A stretch of 63,972 bases of DNA, filler included, from Globobulimina sp. (GCA_003354225.1; 24 parts of 24 records of this genome joined end to end with filler, not necessarily neighbours in it); one strand, 5' to 3'. Positions 34,938 to 46,899 are shown, counted from the first letter of the whole stretch. Made by a program: numbers and translations. The notes: generated by a model from the letters alone, not told the origin.

Positions 34938-37290
34938 ATGAGCAAATGGTTAAGCAGGTTATCCAAAGGAGGAGGTAATCCCTCAAAATCATCCAAATCC
35001 TCAAAACATACAAAAAAGCGACGCAAAGACTACGACGGTGATAATATCAACGACATGAAACGCGGCGGATCTGTAATGGACGAAGACAGCGATAATGAGG
35101 AGGAATACTACCACGACAATCATAACAACGCAGCATACAATGGCTATAATAACAACAACAACCACACCAACAACAACAACGCCACACATCAATATACAAA
35201 CAATGGAGACAATAAATACATGCCGCAACACATGACCGCCTCTCGCGCATTAACCAAATCCGGCAATAAATTGTACGTCGGCGACAAGATCTTATTAGCC
35301 AATAAACGCAGCGGTAAGGTCACGAGTTTAGGCCCCAAGCCCGACAAAGAAGGCATATGGGTACGCGTGGTCATGGACGCTCCGCAGGAATATTACTCCA
35401 AAGACAATCGCTCCTCGAAAAACAAGACCATTTGGGTGCCCATCCAACGCGTCGACAAGATACTGACCCAAGGCAACAAATTCGACCTCACCATCGATGA
35501 CCGCGTGACTGGGCGCAAAAAGGGCATCTCTGGCACTATAAAGTACGTCGGACCCACCCATTTCGAGAAGGGAGTGTGGTTTGGCGTGGCTCTCGACACT
35601 GCCAAGGGCAAAAATAACGGCACCGTCAAGAAGAAGTTCTACTTTCTATCTGAGCCAAACCATGGCGTAATGTTACCGTATAAACGATTAGGTATATTTC
35701 TGCTATTTATTTATTTTTACGCAATTTCGCAGATAGGTACTTATATATATTGCATTCTGTGAAAAGAGCACGAGAATCGCTCCAAGAAAGCCATCAAGAA
35801 AAGAAACGTCCGCTCGCGGTCCAACAATTTCGATAAGAATCGAGAGCGCGAAAAGAATGGCATGGCTCGCAACCATAGCTCGCACCAAAAAACACAAAGT
35901 GACGGCATTGGCATTGTCAACAAAGGCTATTTGACTCAGCAGTTGCAATTAGAGCAACATATTCTTGATCGAGAGCAACAGCAACAGCAACAACAGCAGA
36001 TTCTGGAAGAGATGAACCATCATCACACCAAACAATCGAACTCGAACTCGAATTCCAATTCAAATTCGCATTCAAATGACTATGCAGAGTATATCGAAGA
36101 CGACATCGACCACAACGACGAGAACAACCTGAATGGCACCAATAATAACAACAAGACGCCTTCGTCCGACAGCGAGGAGAGAATGTTTATGACTCCGTCC
36201 ACCTCTCCAAAGAAGAAAAAAGAAACTGTTGCGGTGAAGTTGACGCCGAAGGAGAAGACGCCGTTCGTGGGATGGATGAAATTGGTGTCCGGCGAGTTGG
36301 TGACGTCGGAGGACATGAAGCAGGAATCCATGGAAGTGACGCCTTCGCCGCAACCGCAGGCCTACAACTTGGAGGAGGACGAGCAGACCGTACTGATCTT
36401 GACGCAGTTCCTGGCCGAATTGCGCAAGTTTAGCGGCATCGAGAAGGAGTTGTTTGAGTCGAATTTGCCGTCGATTACCGAGGTGAACAAGGAGCAGCGA
36501 GAGAGCATCTTCATCGATAAGCTGTATCTATGCCAATGCAAATGCGACTTCTTCGATACCTCTGACGGTCAGATCGAGTTAATCGAGAAAAAGGAGAGAA
36601 TGCTATTAGAACTGTCCGAGTTCATAGCGCGCCACGTCTGGTTCAAAGAGTCTTTGTATGAGAAGTGTTTGGTGACAGTGTCTTGCAACTTATTTCGCGC
36701 CCTGCCATATCAGGATCGGCCGCCTGCTTTGTCCTTCTTCAACGACGAAGTGTTCGACAAAGACACCAACTTCGAGGACCCGGCCTGGAGGCACCTTAAA
36801 TTGGTGTACGATTTGACGTGGCGAGTGATCAATACACCGCAAGTGACGGCGGCCATGATGGAGAAGCATATGACGGGCAAGTTTTTGGGCAATTTGGTCG
36901 AGCTGTTTGCCTCTGAGGACCATCGCGAACGCGCCTATTTGATGATGATATTGCATAAAATCTACGGCCGCTGTCTCAAGTTACGGCCCTATATTATTGA
37001 GATTATGTCGTCGTACTTCTATCGTATGATATATTACGATGAATTCAAACACGTTAATGGTATTATTGAGTTATTGCAGATTATATGTGCTATTATACCC
37101 GGATTGACTGTGCCGGTCAAGGATTCCTGGCAATGTTTTGTACGCAATATATTGGTGCCGCTGCATAAGGTATGTCTTATTTGTGCGAATTTGCGTATAA
37201 TGATAGTGGATTTTGGACTTTTCAGTGTCGCGGACTTAAGAAGTTCTGGGAGCAGTTGACGCAATGTTGCGTCAATTATGTGGCCAAAGA
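34938..37290 (+). CDS. CAP-Gly domain(s) + PP2A B56 (B') regulatory subunit fusion; introns 35692-35766 and 37170-37225; 3'-truncated
   Basis: CAP-Gly: GTIKYVGPTHFEKGVWFGVALDTAKGKNNGTV. B56: FIDKL..C...CDF, NLFRALP, EDPAWRHLKLVY, LFASEDHRERAYL...LHKIYG, HVNGIIELL, ILVPLHK. The phase-1 intron joins the two ORFs in frame. Confidence 0.85.
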
Positions 37291-37454
37291 NNNNNNNNNN
37301 NNNNNNNNNNNNNNNNNNNNNNNNNNNNNNNNNNTTAATTAATTAANNNNNNNNNNNNNNNNNNNNNNNNNNNNNNNNNNNNNNNNNNNNTTCATCGACT
37401 ACTTTTATTGCCAGCTGGCTGGCAGTTATTGACACCCGGCTGTCAATTTTGTGA

Positions 37455-37622
37455 GGCGCCAAAACTGAACTCATATGAGTTGATTATTTCGAGATGTGTG
37501 GCGCCAAAACTGAACTCATGTGAGTTGATTATTTCGCGATGAGGCGCCAAAACTGAACTCATGTGAGTTGATTATTTCACGATGAGGTGCCATGTGTAAC
37601 TTTTCTAAACTCATGTGAGTTG
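37455..37622. repeat. Tandem repeat, 43-45 bp unit, 3 copies plus a partial, with palindromic core AACTCA(TA/TG)TGAGTT
   Basis: ggcgccaaaactgaactcat(a/g)tgagttgattatttc at 37455, 37500 and 37543. Confidence 0.9.
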
Positions 37623-38147
37623 TCATTTTTCGGACTTAGCGGAAACAATAACAAAAATTCAAAATCAACATTTTATGATAGTAAACAACACAGTGATAAA
37701 AAGCAATACAGTAAATTGTGCAAAATATAGTAATAAAGAACAAAAGCAGACAAACGAGACAAATACAATACAAACTCCAAACAAACAACAACAAACCAAA
37801 TATAGTAATGGTTTTAAAGGTTTCTTCATAAAATATTTAAGGTTGGAGATCAATTGGTTTCTGTCTTGGTATTTGTGTGGGGTGAAGTTGTTTATGCCAT
37901 CGCGTTTCTGAACTGAAGTAGGTTAATCCGATTGTGTACCCTTTGAAGAAGGCCGCCAGGTGTGAACTCCTATTGTTCTGTTTTGAATTAATTAGGATTA
38001 TCGTCTGGCTTGCTGTGGTAAGCAGCACCGTTCCCAGACACTTGACCTATATATTGTAGAGACAGCCGCGAAGTGATGGTGTATGTGTGGAATGTGTTCA
38101 GTTATATACAAATTTTATTTATCAAAGCACAAAAATGCAATTATTCT

Positions 38148-38310
38148 GTACAATACACTATTTAGTTTTCTTTATATATCCTATACAAAACAATACACTT
38201 TTTAGTTTTCTTTATATATCCTATACAAAACAATACACTTTTTAGTTTTCTTTTATATCCTATACAAAACAATACACTTTTTAGTTTTCTTTGTATATCC
38301 TGTACAACAA
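38148..38310. repeat. Tandem repeat, about 40 bp unit, about 4 copies
   Basis: atacaaaacaatacactttttagttttctttatatatcct repeated. Confidence 0.9.
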
Positions 38311-38348
38311 AACCATTATACAATGTAAAACGGAATACGACATACTTT

Positions 38349-39743
38349 TTACCAAGCATAGAACCTAGATTTGTTTTGCTTATTTGTTAGTTTTCGGTAC
38401 AATTCTTGATTGTAACTTTCATCACTATCGTCACTTTCATAATCTCCATCCTCAGTGTCTTCGTCTGAAACTTTGTTTTCTGCATCAGATTCAAGTTCCC
38501 ATTCATCACTGTCATTGTCAGTAATATCATCATTGCTGTCATGCTCGGCACTATCAACCTCGTTGTTGTTGCCAGGGCTGTCACCATCACTGTCATTGTT
38601 AGCACTGCCATCATTGGTATCATTGTCAGAGCTATCATAATCATTCAGATGTTCATCACTCTCAAAGTTTGCTTTCTTGTTTGTAATTTCTTCTGCAGTT
38701 GTACTTCTTTTTGACTTGGTTTTTAATTTGGGTTGTGTACTGTTTGCTGAATGAAATTCTGGATTTTCACTGCTCAACTGTATTTCCTCAAAAATATCAG
38801 TGCGAAGTCGCAGGAATTCTGGAGTAGCAGTGCACAAGTCAACAAGCACATATCCATAACGTTTCTTTGATTCCTGATCATAAACAGAACGCAGTGCCTT
38901 CTGTTTGCCGAGCTGAGAACCGAGAATTGAAATTTGTTGCACCATTCGAGGGGATTTCAACAAGAAGAAGTATGCTGTGTTTGCAGATATTATTCTGCTG
39001 CTGGGCCAGGGCCCAAATATGAAATGCAGCAACAGTACAATACTACAGTTCTTGTGACGGGCTATGGTGAAAACATGGGCCATTTCTTTGCTACTGGCAG
39101 CGGAAATTGAGTTATCATCAATTATAATTAATGTTTGGCCTCCATTAGGGTCAGCCATAACATCGAGGTCTGATTCAGTAACTATGGATTGTTTTATAAA
39201 ATCGCATCTTATTCCTTGAATGGCAAGTCTTTCCTTTAGCTTCCCATATTCAGCCTGGAAACCTAAAAGTTTATTTGTATAACAAGAAGAAAAAATGTAA
39301 AGAAAAGTGCTTACAACTGTAAAGGAAAACAATGTGGGTTGGCACAGGATTGTACATTTTATTGGCGTTTTCAAGCGTTTTCATCAGAAGACTAGTTTTG
39401 CCCTGAAGCATCAGTTGAAAGATACTCGGTGAAACTCGTGAAAAATTCAAACTCACACTCTGACTGGCTCCAGCATAGATAAAGTTGTGTGGTAATTGAA
39501 GCCGTTTGTCAAAGGCTTGTGAAGGAGTCAAAGATGAAAGCAAATTATCTTTATTGTTTGAGGAAATATTTGATGGTTGAACGTTTGATTTTGATAAACC
39601 TTGATGGGCATTCTGTACATGTCTCTTGAAATTATACTTCCGATTTCCTATAATAGTTTAAGAATTACCACAATTAGATAGCAATAATCAAATTTCTCAC
39701 CAAATGATTTGTCACATAAATTGCAATGGTATTTGGGAGCCAT
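38349..39743 (-). CDS. C2H2 zinc finger + Polinton/adintovirus-type A32-like (FtsK-HerA) packaging ATPase + acidic tail; introns 39648-39700, 39403-39456 and 39263-39314
   Basis: Spliced product reads MAPKYHCNLCDKSFGNRKYNFKRHVQNAH...FDKRLQLPHNFIYAGASQSGKT...IVFLYSCFQ...LIIIDD...FTIARHKNCSIVLLLH..F...RIISANTAYFFLLKSPR...QISILGSQL...YGYVLVDL....PEFLRLRTDIF. Confidence 0.85.
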
Positions 39744-39839
39744 GACATGAACAACCACTCAGCAGCAATGCAAAAGGCAATAATGACTATTTTCGTAAAG
39801 GTTGCGTATGTTATACAAATTTGATGGGCAACCTCTGTC

Positions 39840-39960
39840 ATGCTCATTTTAGCTATATTCTGCTCATTCTGCTCCCTATTCTGCTCATTCTGCTCCTGTT
39901 TGCTCCATATTAGGCCCATTATGCTCATTTTGCTCCATATTCTGCTCATTCTGCTCATTT
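39840..39960. repeat. Minisatellite, 9-12 bp TGCTC-based unit
   Basis: tgctcattc / tgctccatat repeated up to the contig end. Confidence 0.85.
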
Positions 39961-40794
39961 NNNNNNNNNNNNNNNNNNNNNNNNNNNNNNNNNNNNNNNN
40001 NNNNTTAATTAATTAANNNNNNNNNNNNNNNNNNNNNNNNNNNNNNNNNNNNNNNNNNNNTACAAAATTCGTTTCTGAAATTCATGTACAAAACTCGTTT
40101 CTGAAATTCAAAAAAAAAGAAAAAAAAAATATTTCGAAAAAAAAATGTTAAAAAAAAGTAGTACTACTACAGTACTACTACTAGTACTAAAAAAAATCTC
40201 AAAATTTTCAAAACACTGGTATGAGGGTCTATCGACCCAATTATATTGATGCTATTATTTGGCGATATCGATGCTATAATATTTGCGATATCAATGCCAT
40301 ATTATTTACAATTTAATACTCCATATTATTTACGATTTGATACCCCATATTATTGGTGGTTTGGAGGCGAAGGATAGGCATTTTGCGTCGCCAGAAGCGA
40401 TGTAAATAATTATTGAGATTTTTAGGGAGCACGAAATCGATATTTTGACGCAAATTCTATCGAAATGGGTGGATTTTGGAGAGTTAAAAGAGGAATGGTT
40501 TGAAGCATTACAGCCCAAATTCCCGACGAAATTCCATTATCGCGATGCGAATTTCACAATATGTTGTCAGAATTTGAAATGTAACATTTAAATAGGCAAA
40601 AATGGAACATTTTGGAAATTTTGGAGCATTTTTGAGATACCATTAAGAAAGCTAATAACTTGTGAATCTAGGTTTTTTTGGATGCTCTTTTTAGTTCTTT
40701 CCATTATCTCGAGCTGCCATGCAGTGAATAGTGATTTTCACCATTTTCTTAAAATTCAAATATCTGAAATATCTGAAAATCTGTTTTTTTTTAA

Positions 40795-42078
40795 ATGGCA
40801 GCTATAAAGTCACCAAAACCATTACGATGTTGTTCAAAAGTCATATCGTACCCATATTTGAACTCAATCGATGATGGCCAGCCAATTAATCGCATTTTAG
40901 TGGATATTAGCAATGCGCATAAACCAAAGAACACTGAGTCAGTTTCATTAAAATGTGTGTTTGCAGCGTTCCACCCTAAATATGGATCATATCTATGCAA
41001 ACATCAGAAGAATCCATTGAAGCCTGTGATTACAGCTTACATTGATCGACATGTTGAGACTGTAATTCAATTTGTATGTTGTCTATTTCTATGATTAACA
41101 AATACAAATAATATGCACTGCCAACACTAGAAATTTGCAATTGGTCAGTTTGGATTTATTACGGGGCCCCAAGCACTGGAAACATCGATTGGTTTCATTG
41201 CAAAGCGAACAGAATATGCGACGGAATTTTATTTCTCGCATGAAGACCTCCAGAAATACGAATTTCAACACTGTGACATCACATCAACAACATTTAAAAT
41301 ATTAAACGATGAAGAAATTAAAGGAAAAGCAACCGGATGGATTCAGGAATCTATGTTTACACCAATTTGTGGTACAATTATTGCGAAAAATGATATCGAA
41401 GAGCTCTTAAATTGGAAAACATGTCGCGAATATTATTTGATGTGTAAAATTAATTTAATTGAGTTAGAAATGAATATACAAATTGAAGAGAGAGGAATTT
41501 TATTTAGGGATACTGTGGATCAATGGTTATTTCCTGTTGTTAAAGCATTGCGAGGCAAAATAACGCTCAACAATGTGGGTCGTAAGGTAGAAATTGCATT
41601 TAGTACGCCTCCGAACTGTTGGAATTATTATTTACAACCAACAATCTCCGATTTATTTAATATGGCAAATGACGAAGAATTAGATACGGACGGAAATTGG
41701 GTCGTTGTTTACTTCGACATTATTAAATTGGCACAACTATTTGATGCATTATATTGTTTTAAATTCTTTGATCAATATGCGAATACTTTCAAATTAAACC
41801 AACAAATTAAATATGATATTGCACATAATGATGATGTCGAAAATGTGCAAAAACGGTTAGTGAATAATTTAAATCGATATTCATTGAACAGATATAAGCA
41901 ATTAAAAGAAAGTTCAAACAATTTAATTATATTAAAAAAAGTTAAATATTTTGTAACTATCAATGGATTGCAATGGAAATACAATAAAAATACAAATAAA
42001 TCCAAATGGATTGTAAATGTTTACAAAACATTATTACTACAAACTGGAAACACATTGATAACAGGCAAAATTGATTAA
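40795..42078 (+). CDS. Hypothetical protein, about 400 aa; one intron ending at 41130
   Basis: The ORF at 40795 joins in frame through GT..TAG to the frame containing 41353-42078. No family recognised with confidence. Confidence 0.5.
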
Positions 42079-42128
42079 GACTTCAGATATTTAATATTGA
42101 ATGCGATTATTATATTATTTAATATTGT

Positions 42129-42536
42129 TTATGTTGGTTTTCTCTGTCGGAAATTTCTCGACTGCTGAAACCTTTTTCTTTTTACATTTCTCGACTGCTG
42201 AAACCTTTTAAGCCCGCCTCCGTAGTTTGCCATAATTTCCAGCCTTGCTTGGCTTGCTGTTTGTCCTTGACAGCAACTCGCAGTCCGTTTCCAGCTGCTA
42301 ACGGTACTTGCTTTTCCAGCTTTAAATTCAGCAAATGGTGGATCTGGATAATTTTGACGGGGCTTTACTGTTATAGCTCCAGTAAATTTTTTTTTAAAAT
42401 CATCATAATTTAAGTTTTGAATATGTTTCATATGGCGTGCTATGCTGCATGCTTCTTTGCGAACATCTTTTGTGACCTTTGCTTTGTCCCATCGTTTTTT
42501 GATGGCAGCTGTTGAAGTTTTTTTGGTGAAAGGCAT
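42129..42536 (-). CDS. Small, very basic hypothetical protein
   Basis: 135-aa ATG-initiated ORF, K/R-rich, with duplicated KRFQQSRN at the C-terminus. Confidence 0.45.
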   Translation of the reverse strand: MPFTKKTSTAAIKKRWDKAKVTKDVRKEACSIARHMKHIQNLNYDDFKKKFTGAITVKPRQNYPDPPFAEFKAGKASTVSSWKRTASCCQGQTASQARLEIMANYGGGLKRFQQSRNVKRKRFQQSRNFRQRKPT

Positions 42537-43035
42537 TCTGAAATTGAGATTTGAAAAAAAATAGATTTGAAAAAAAATCGTCAGATTTGATAAAATTACG
42601 TCACATTCTCAAAACGCATGCATTGCGACGNNNNNNNNNNNNNNNNNNNNNNNNNNNNNNNNNNNNNNNNNNNNTTAATTAATTAANNNNNNNNNNNNNN
42701 NNNNNNNNNNNNNNNNNNNNNNNNNNNNNNAATTTGACATAAAAAACATCCAATCACATATTGCTTCACAGCATAGATGGATGACAATAAAAAGGAGCTG
42801 TTGACATAATTATCCATTTGAATTTGTGCTGTTTTTGAGAGAAAAGCTCAATCAGTGTGCAAGGATAAGAATGAATATAGGTCTAAAAAAAGAAGGAAAA
42901 AAATGAAAAAGACATAAAAAATTTTAACAATCCAATCAAGAAATTAATATTCTACTGGCAAATAAAAGTAATACCGTGTTTTTTGAATTGGGTTATTTAT
43001 GGCAGATATACAGTTTATTTTATTTTAGTTATAAA

Positions 43036-43941
43036 TTATAATAATTGACAATTTCCTTTTTTCTTTTTTTGCTTTTTTTTAATGGCAGCTAATGCGGCTT
43101 TTATAGCATCTTCAAAAACAGCCTTTAAATTTTCCTGAGTCAATGCCGAACATTCAATATACGATTCGGCACCAATTTGTTTGGCTAATTGCACCCCTTC
43201 GTCATGACTAAGTAACTCACTTTTAAATTGATTATCTTGTCGTAAATCAGATTTCGTCCCAATTAATAATTTGGGCACTCCCGGTGCGTGATGCGTTATT
43301 TCTGGGATCCATTTCTCTTGAATATTGGCATAGGAATCACGCGAAATGACACTGAAACATACTAAAAATACATTGGTCTGCGGATAGGATAACGGTCGTA
43401 ATCTGTCATAGTCTTCTTGTCTGTTGTACGTATATCAGATTTATATATTCATCCTTGCACATTCAATGTAAAAATCTTATATAAATATGAATAATGCCAC
43501 ACACCCAGCAGTATCCCATAAACCTAAATTAATTTGCTGTCCATCCACCATTACCGTGGCATTATAATTGTCAAAAACCGTCGGTACATAATCTGGTTAA
43601 TTTGCATATAAATTTATAAAATGGTTGGTTGATATTAGGATTTTTTTGGCAGGAAACACGTAAATACCTTTTGGGAAATCGTTTGTTGTATAACTGATCG
43701 AAGGGAGTTTGTGTCAATATGGTTGTTGATGAGCAGGACATTAAATACCTGATCAATAAGCATGTCTGATGTATAATAGTATTTTATTAATAATTGCAAA
43801 GACTAAGAAAAGTATACCTTGCCGACAGCACCATCTCCGACCACTACGCACTGCATTTGTTTTATTTGTGTTTTTATTGGTTGTATTTAGTATCGACTCT
43901 TTCGTGGCGAATTCAGTTGAACGAACCTTGATGTCTTGCAT
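43036..43941 (-). CDS. RAC: Rac-like Rho-family small GTPase, 6 exons
   Basis: Spliced product reads [40 protein letters not shown]...[21 protein letters not shown]...GTKSDLR...ECSALTQ, ending in a polybasic tract and CAAX (CQLL). Confidence 0.96.
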
Positions 43942-44212
43942 GATTTAAATTTGGATCGAATCTGTTTTAGCGCGGTTTGGGGAGTTTGCTTTGAAAATGC
44001 TGGTAGAATGTATGTAATGTTTGGTGTGAAGTGGGTTTTTTTGGGACTACAAAAACTATTACGCAACTGTTGAAAGTTGATAATGCACCCAACAGCAGTG
44101 CCTAACATAAATTCTGGTATATTGATTTACTTAATTACTTTTTTGTGTTTATGTGATTTTTTTTCGTGGCATCTTTGAAATACTTGATCTACACTCTATT
44201 TTGGATTAAAAT

Positions 44213-44875
44213 CTATTGGGAATTTACTTTAGATACACATCCAAATGCAATGCCAACAATGGCTCCCAAAAATGAACACATGCATACAACGGATACAATA
44301 TTTATCAAAAACATTAATGGCGATGTTTGTTCATAATTTTCAGTGTTTAAATGATTCATTGATACACTTTCTGCATTGGCCACATTCGAATCCTCCATAT
44401 CATCGCCATATGCTTCCTCCTTTGCAAACCATTTGAATTCAAATAGATTGGTAACCATTGCGGTGATTCTACAAAGTGTTGGATAATCATTATATGCCAT
44501 GTTTGTGATCAATTGCACTCCATCTGATTTCTGAACAAATGTATAGAATTTTATTGCATTTTGCATTGTTAAATGTGGACATCCTGCACTTTGCTGCAAG
44601 TTTCCGGCGTGGATATACGCAGTCGATCCAATGGGTCCAACCGCATATCGCATCTCAACATTATATTGTTTGCTATGCTTAGATTTATATGTATTGTCTT
44701 TTGTGAGTGTAATGACTTTTGGGTAATCAAAATCGTTGCTTGCTGTGATTGGAATGGTGTTACCATCAAATACTAACGATCCAGTTCCATCACATTTTAA
44801 ATTCATAAATGCTTTCTGTGGTTTTGCTAACGACACAATCGATAGGCATTGCAGAAACAATAAAACAGCTTTCAT
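44213..44875 (-). CDS. Type I membrane hypothetical protein
   Basis: Signal peptide MKAVLLFLQCLSIVSLA and a C-terminal TM helix. Confidence 0.65.
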   Translation of the reverse strand: MKAVLLFLQCLSIVSLAKPQKAFMNLKCDGTGSLVFDGNTIPITASNDFDYPKVITLTKDNTYKSKHSKQYNVEMRYAVGPIGSTAYIHAGNLQQSAGCPHLTMQNAIKFYTFVQKSDGVQLITNMAYNDYPTLCRITAMVTNLFEFKWFAKEEAYGDDMEDSNVANAESVSMNHLNTENYEQTSPLMFLINIVSVVCMCSFLGAIVGIAFGCVSKVNSQ

Positions 44876-44945
44876 GGTGTTTCACTTGCACTAAATGTTT
44901 TTATTAAAGTTTTTTTTAAATTTTTCAAACTTACAACTGTGAATT

Positions 44946-45300
44946 ATGACTTTGCGACATTTGTTATGCAAAATGAATACGGCATCATTATATCAACGTT
45001 CATGTTTGGTATCACATGGAATTCACAATTTTTGCAGCCAAATAAAGGACACAAAGACAACGGATGCAGAGCTAAATATGGATGATAAAGGAAATGATAA
45101 TTTTAAATTGATCTATACATCAAATTATCATCGCACTGTATATGGAGTAAAAATGCTATCATTTTCTGGCTGCGTTGCATCATTAATTATTGCGCCAATC
45201 ATAATATTTAATCCATTCCATTTCCCATTATTAGAGTCCATCCCAATGATTGGAAAATGTTTTCTAGGAATTCCAGTGGGTCTGTTTGGTGTTGGCACAT
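44946..45300 (+). CDS. TMEM70: TMEM70-family mitochondrial ATP synthase assembly factor, 3'-truncated
   Basis: Presequence-like N-terminus. LIYTSNYHRTVYGVKMLSFS matches the TMEM70 pattern LIYTGxxxRxVxGVKxFSYS and is followed by two TM segments. Confidence 0.7.
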
Positions 45301-45473
45301 NNNNNNNNNNNNNNNNNNNNNNNNNNNNNNNNNNNNNNNNNNNNTTAATTAATTAANNNNNNNNNNNNNNNNNNNNNNNNNNNNNNNNNNNNNNNNNNNN
45401 ACAAAAACAAAAACAAAACCATGCATGCACGGACACAAAACGCATTCACAGATATCAATATTTAAACACTTAA

Positions 45474-46899
45474 TTATGTCACATCAATTCGAGCGCCATC
45501 ATCTATTCTTAAAAAATGCGCACCTCGTTTTTTTTTATCCCATTCTTTAATTTCATCGTTTGCCCGGATTACCCAATTTGTATTCAGCTCATACACATAT
45601 CGGCAGTAATTGCAGCGTATTGACGCAGAACGTTCGTTTTTATCAAGCAAACAACATCGCAATTTCATCCATAATAACAAGTACATAATATTCACCCCGA
45701 CCCATAATATCACACAAATCACAAACAACATGCCATGATAAATTACTTTGCTTTGCGTATAATGCAAAGCCGACCAAATTATAATTAGTCCCTGAACTAT
45801 ATAACCAATCAATATATAATAATCACAAAATAACATTTCTGACATTTTGGGGAGATGCTGACCCATTAAATATTGCGTAGCCGCATAAGTTAGCAACACA
45901 GTCATTGTATAACTTAACCTTTCATCATTGTCACCGATTAGAAACGCACAAAAAGAACAAGAAACGACTAAGAATAACGGAAACAGCAAAGTAAACACAT
46001 GATATCCTTCTTTATTGATAATCCGCAAACGAATGGATTGGTGCTGTCCATTGAAGTAAATCCAAGGCGCTTTCATCTCAATTTCATTCTGCAACAACTC
46101 ATTCATCCTGACGTTCAAAGCAATTTTCCAAATTTCAGCCATTACATTTCCTCTCGGCAGCTCATGAAACATATCCATTATGTCTTCGTTTGGGACTTGT
46201 CCGGCAACGTTTGGTTTATATAATGGATATTTTCTATATTTCCATTCGAATTTAATATTCAAAAACTAAATATATTACCAATTATAAATGTTGATATATG
46301 AAAACAATATGAATATATACCTGGAAATCGAATGGGAAGGCAAACAGTTCCAAGTTTTCCGTCAATTTGGCCGCTTTGATGTTTATGCATAAATGTGTGG
46401 CTCCGGTCATTGAGTTGAAATACAAAGCGGGAGGTTCTTTAAATTGCATTTTTAACTCAGTTTGTTGGTTAAATAGTTTTCTGCAGTCGATGGGCAATCT
46501 GTTATTGAATTGTACTGTTGGATGCGTTAAATCTTTCACTTTGAGGATTATATCATTGTAATGGCTGTGATGGTTATTATTGCTGTTTCGCAAAACAAAG
46601 CTCTCTAAATTCTCATTTGGAGTCTGGTCGAAGAAATATTTACTCATTAAACCAGATACTTTGTGCTTTATTTCATGCGGTTTAAGTGGCCATCGCCAAA
46701 ATACATTGATATATCCAGAAAAAATAAACAATTCTTGTTGGATGTCAAACTGTTCGAGTTGCAATGCACACGACAACCACGAATATGTTGACTTGTTTCG
46801 AATTCTGCTGTTTTGTGCAATGTGTATACTCAAATTCTTCTCGTGATCGTTCTTGTTTGTTTTGATTTCTTCCAATCGGGTTTCAGATATACCAGACAT
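45474..46899 (-). CDS. Cys-less pentameric ligand-gated ion channel (Pro-loop receptor); intron 46266-46320
   Basis: ENLELFAFPFDFQ|FLNIKF Pro-loop, M1 LLFPLFLV, M2 ERLSYTMTVLLT, M2-M3 LPKMSEMLFCDYY, and an M4 helix. Confidence 0.8.

Larger units (their letters stand above)
37391..39960 (-). mobile_element. Probable fragment of a Polinton/Maverick-like element, or a domesticated derivative
   Basis: Polinton-type ATPase plus three separate tandem-repeat blocks. No polB, integrase, capsid or TIR is visible on this short contig. Confidence 0.55.

Noticed and set aside
37455-37622. CRISPR-like repeat
   Set aside because: Units are head-to-tail with only a few variable bases between them; there are no spacers.
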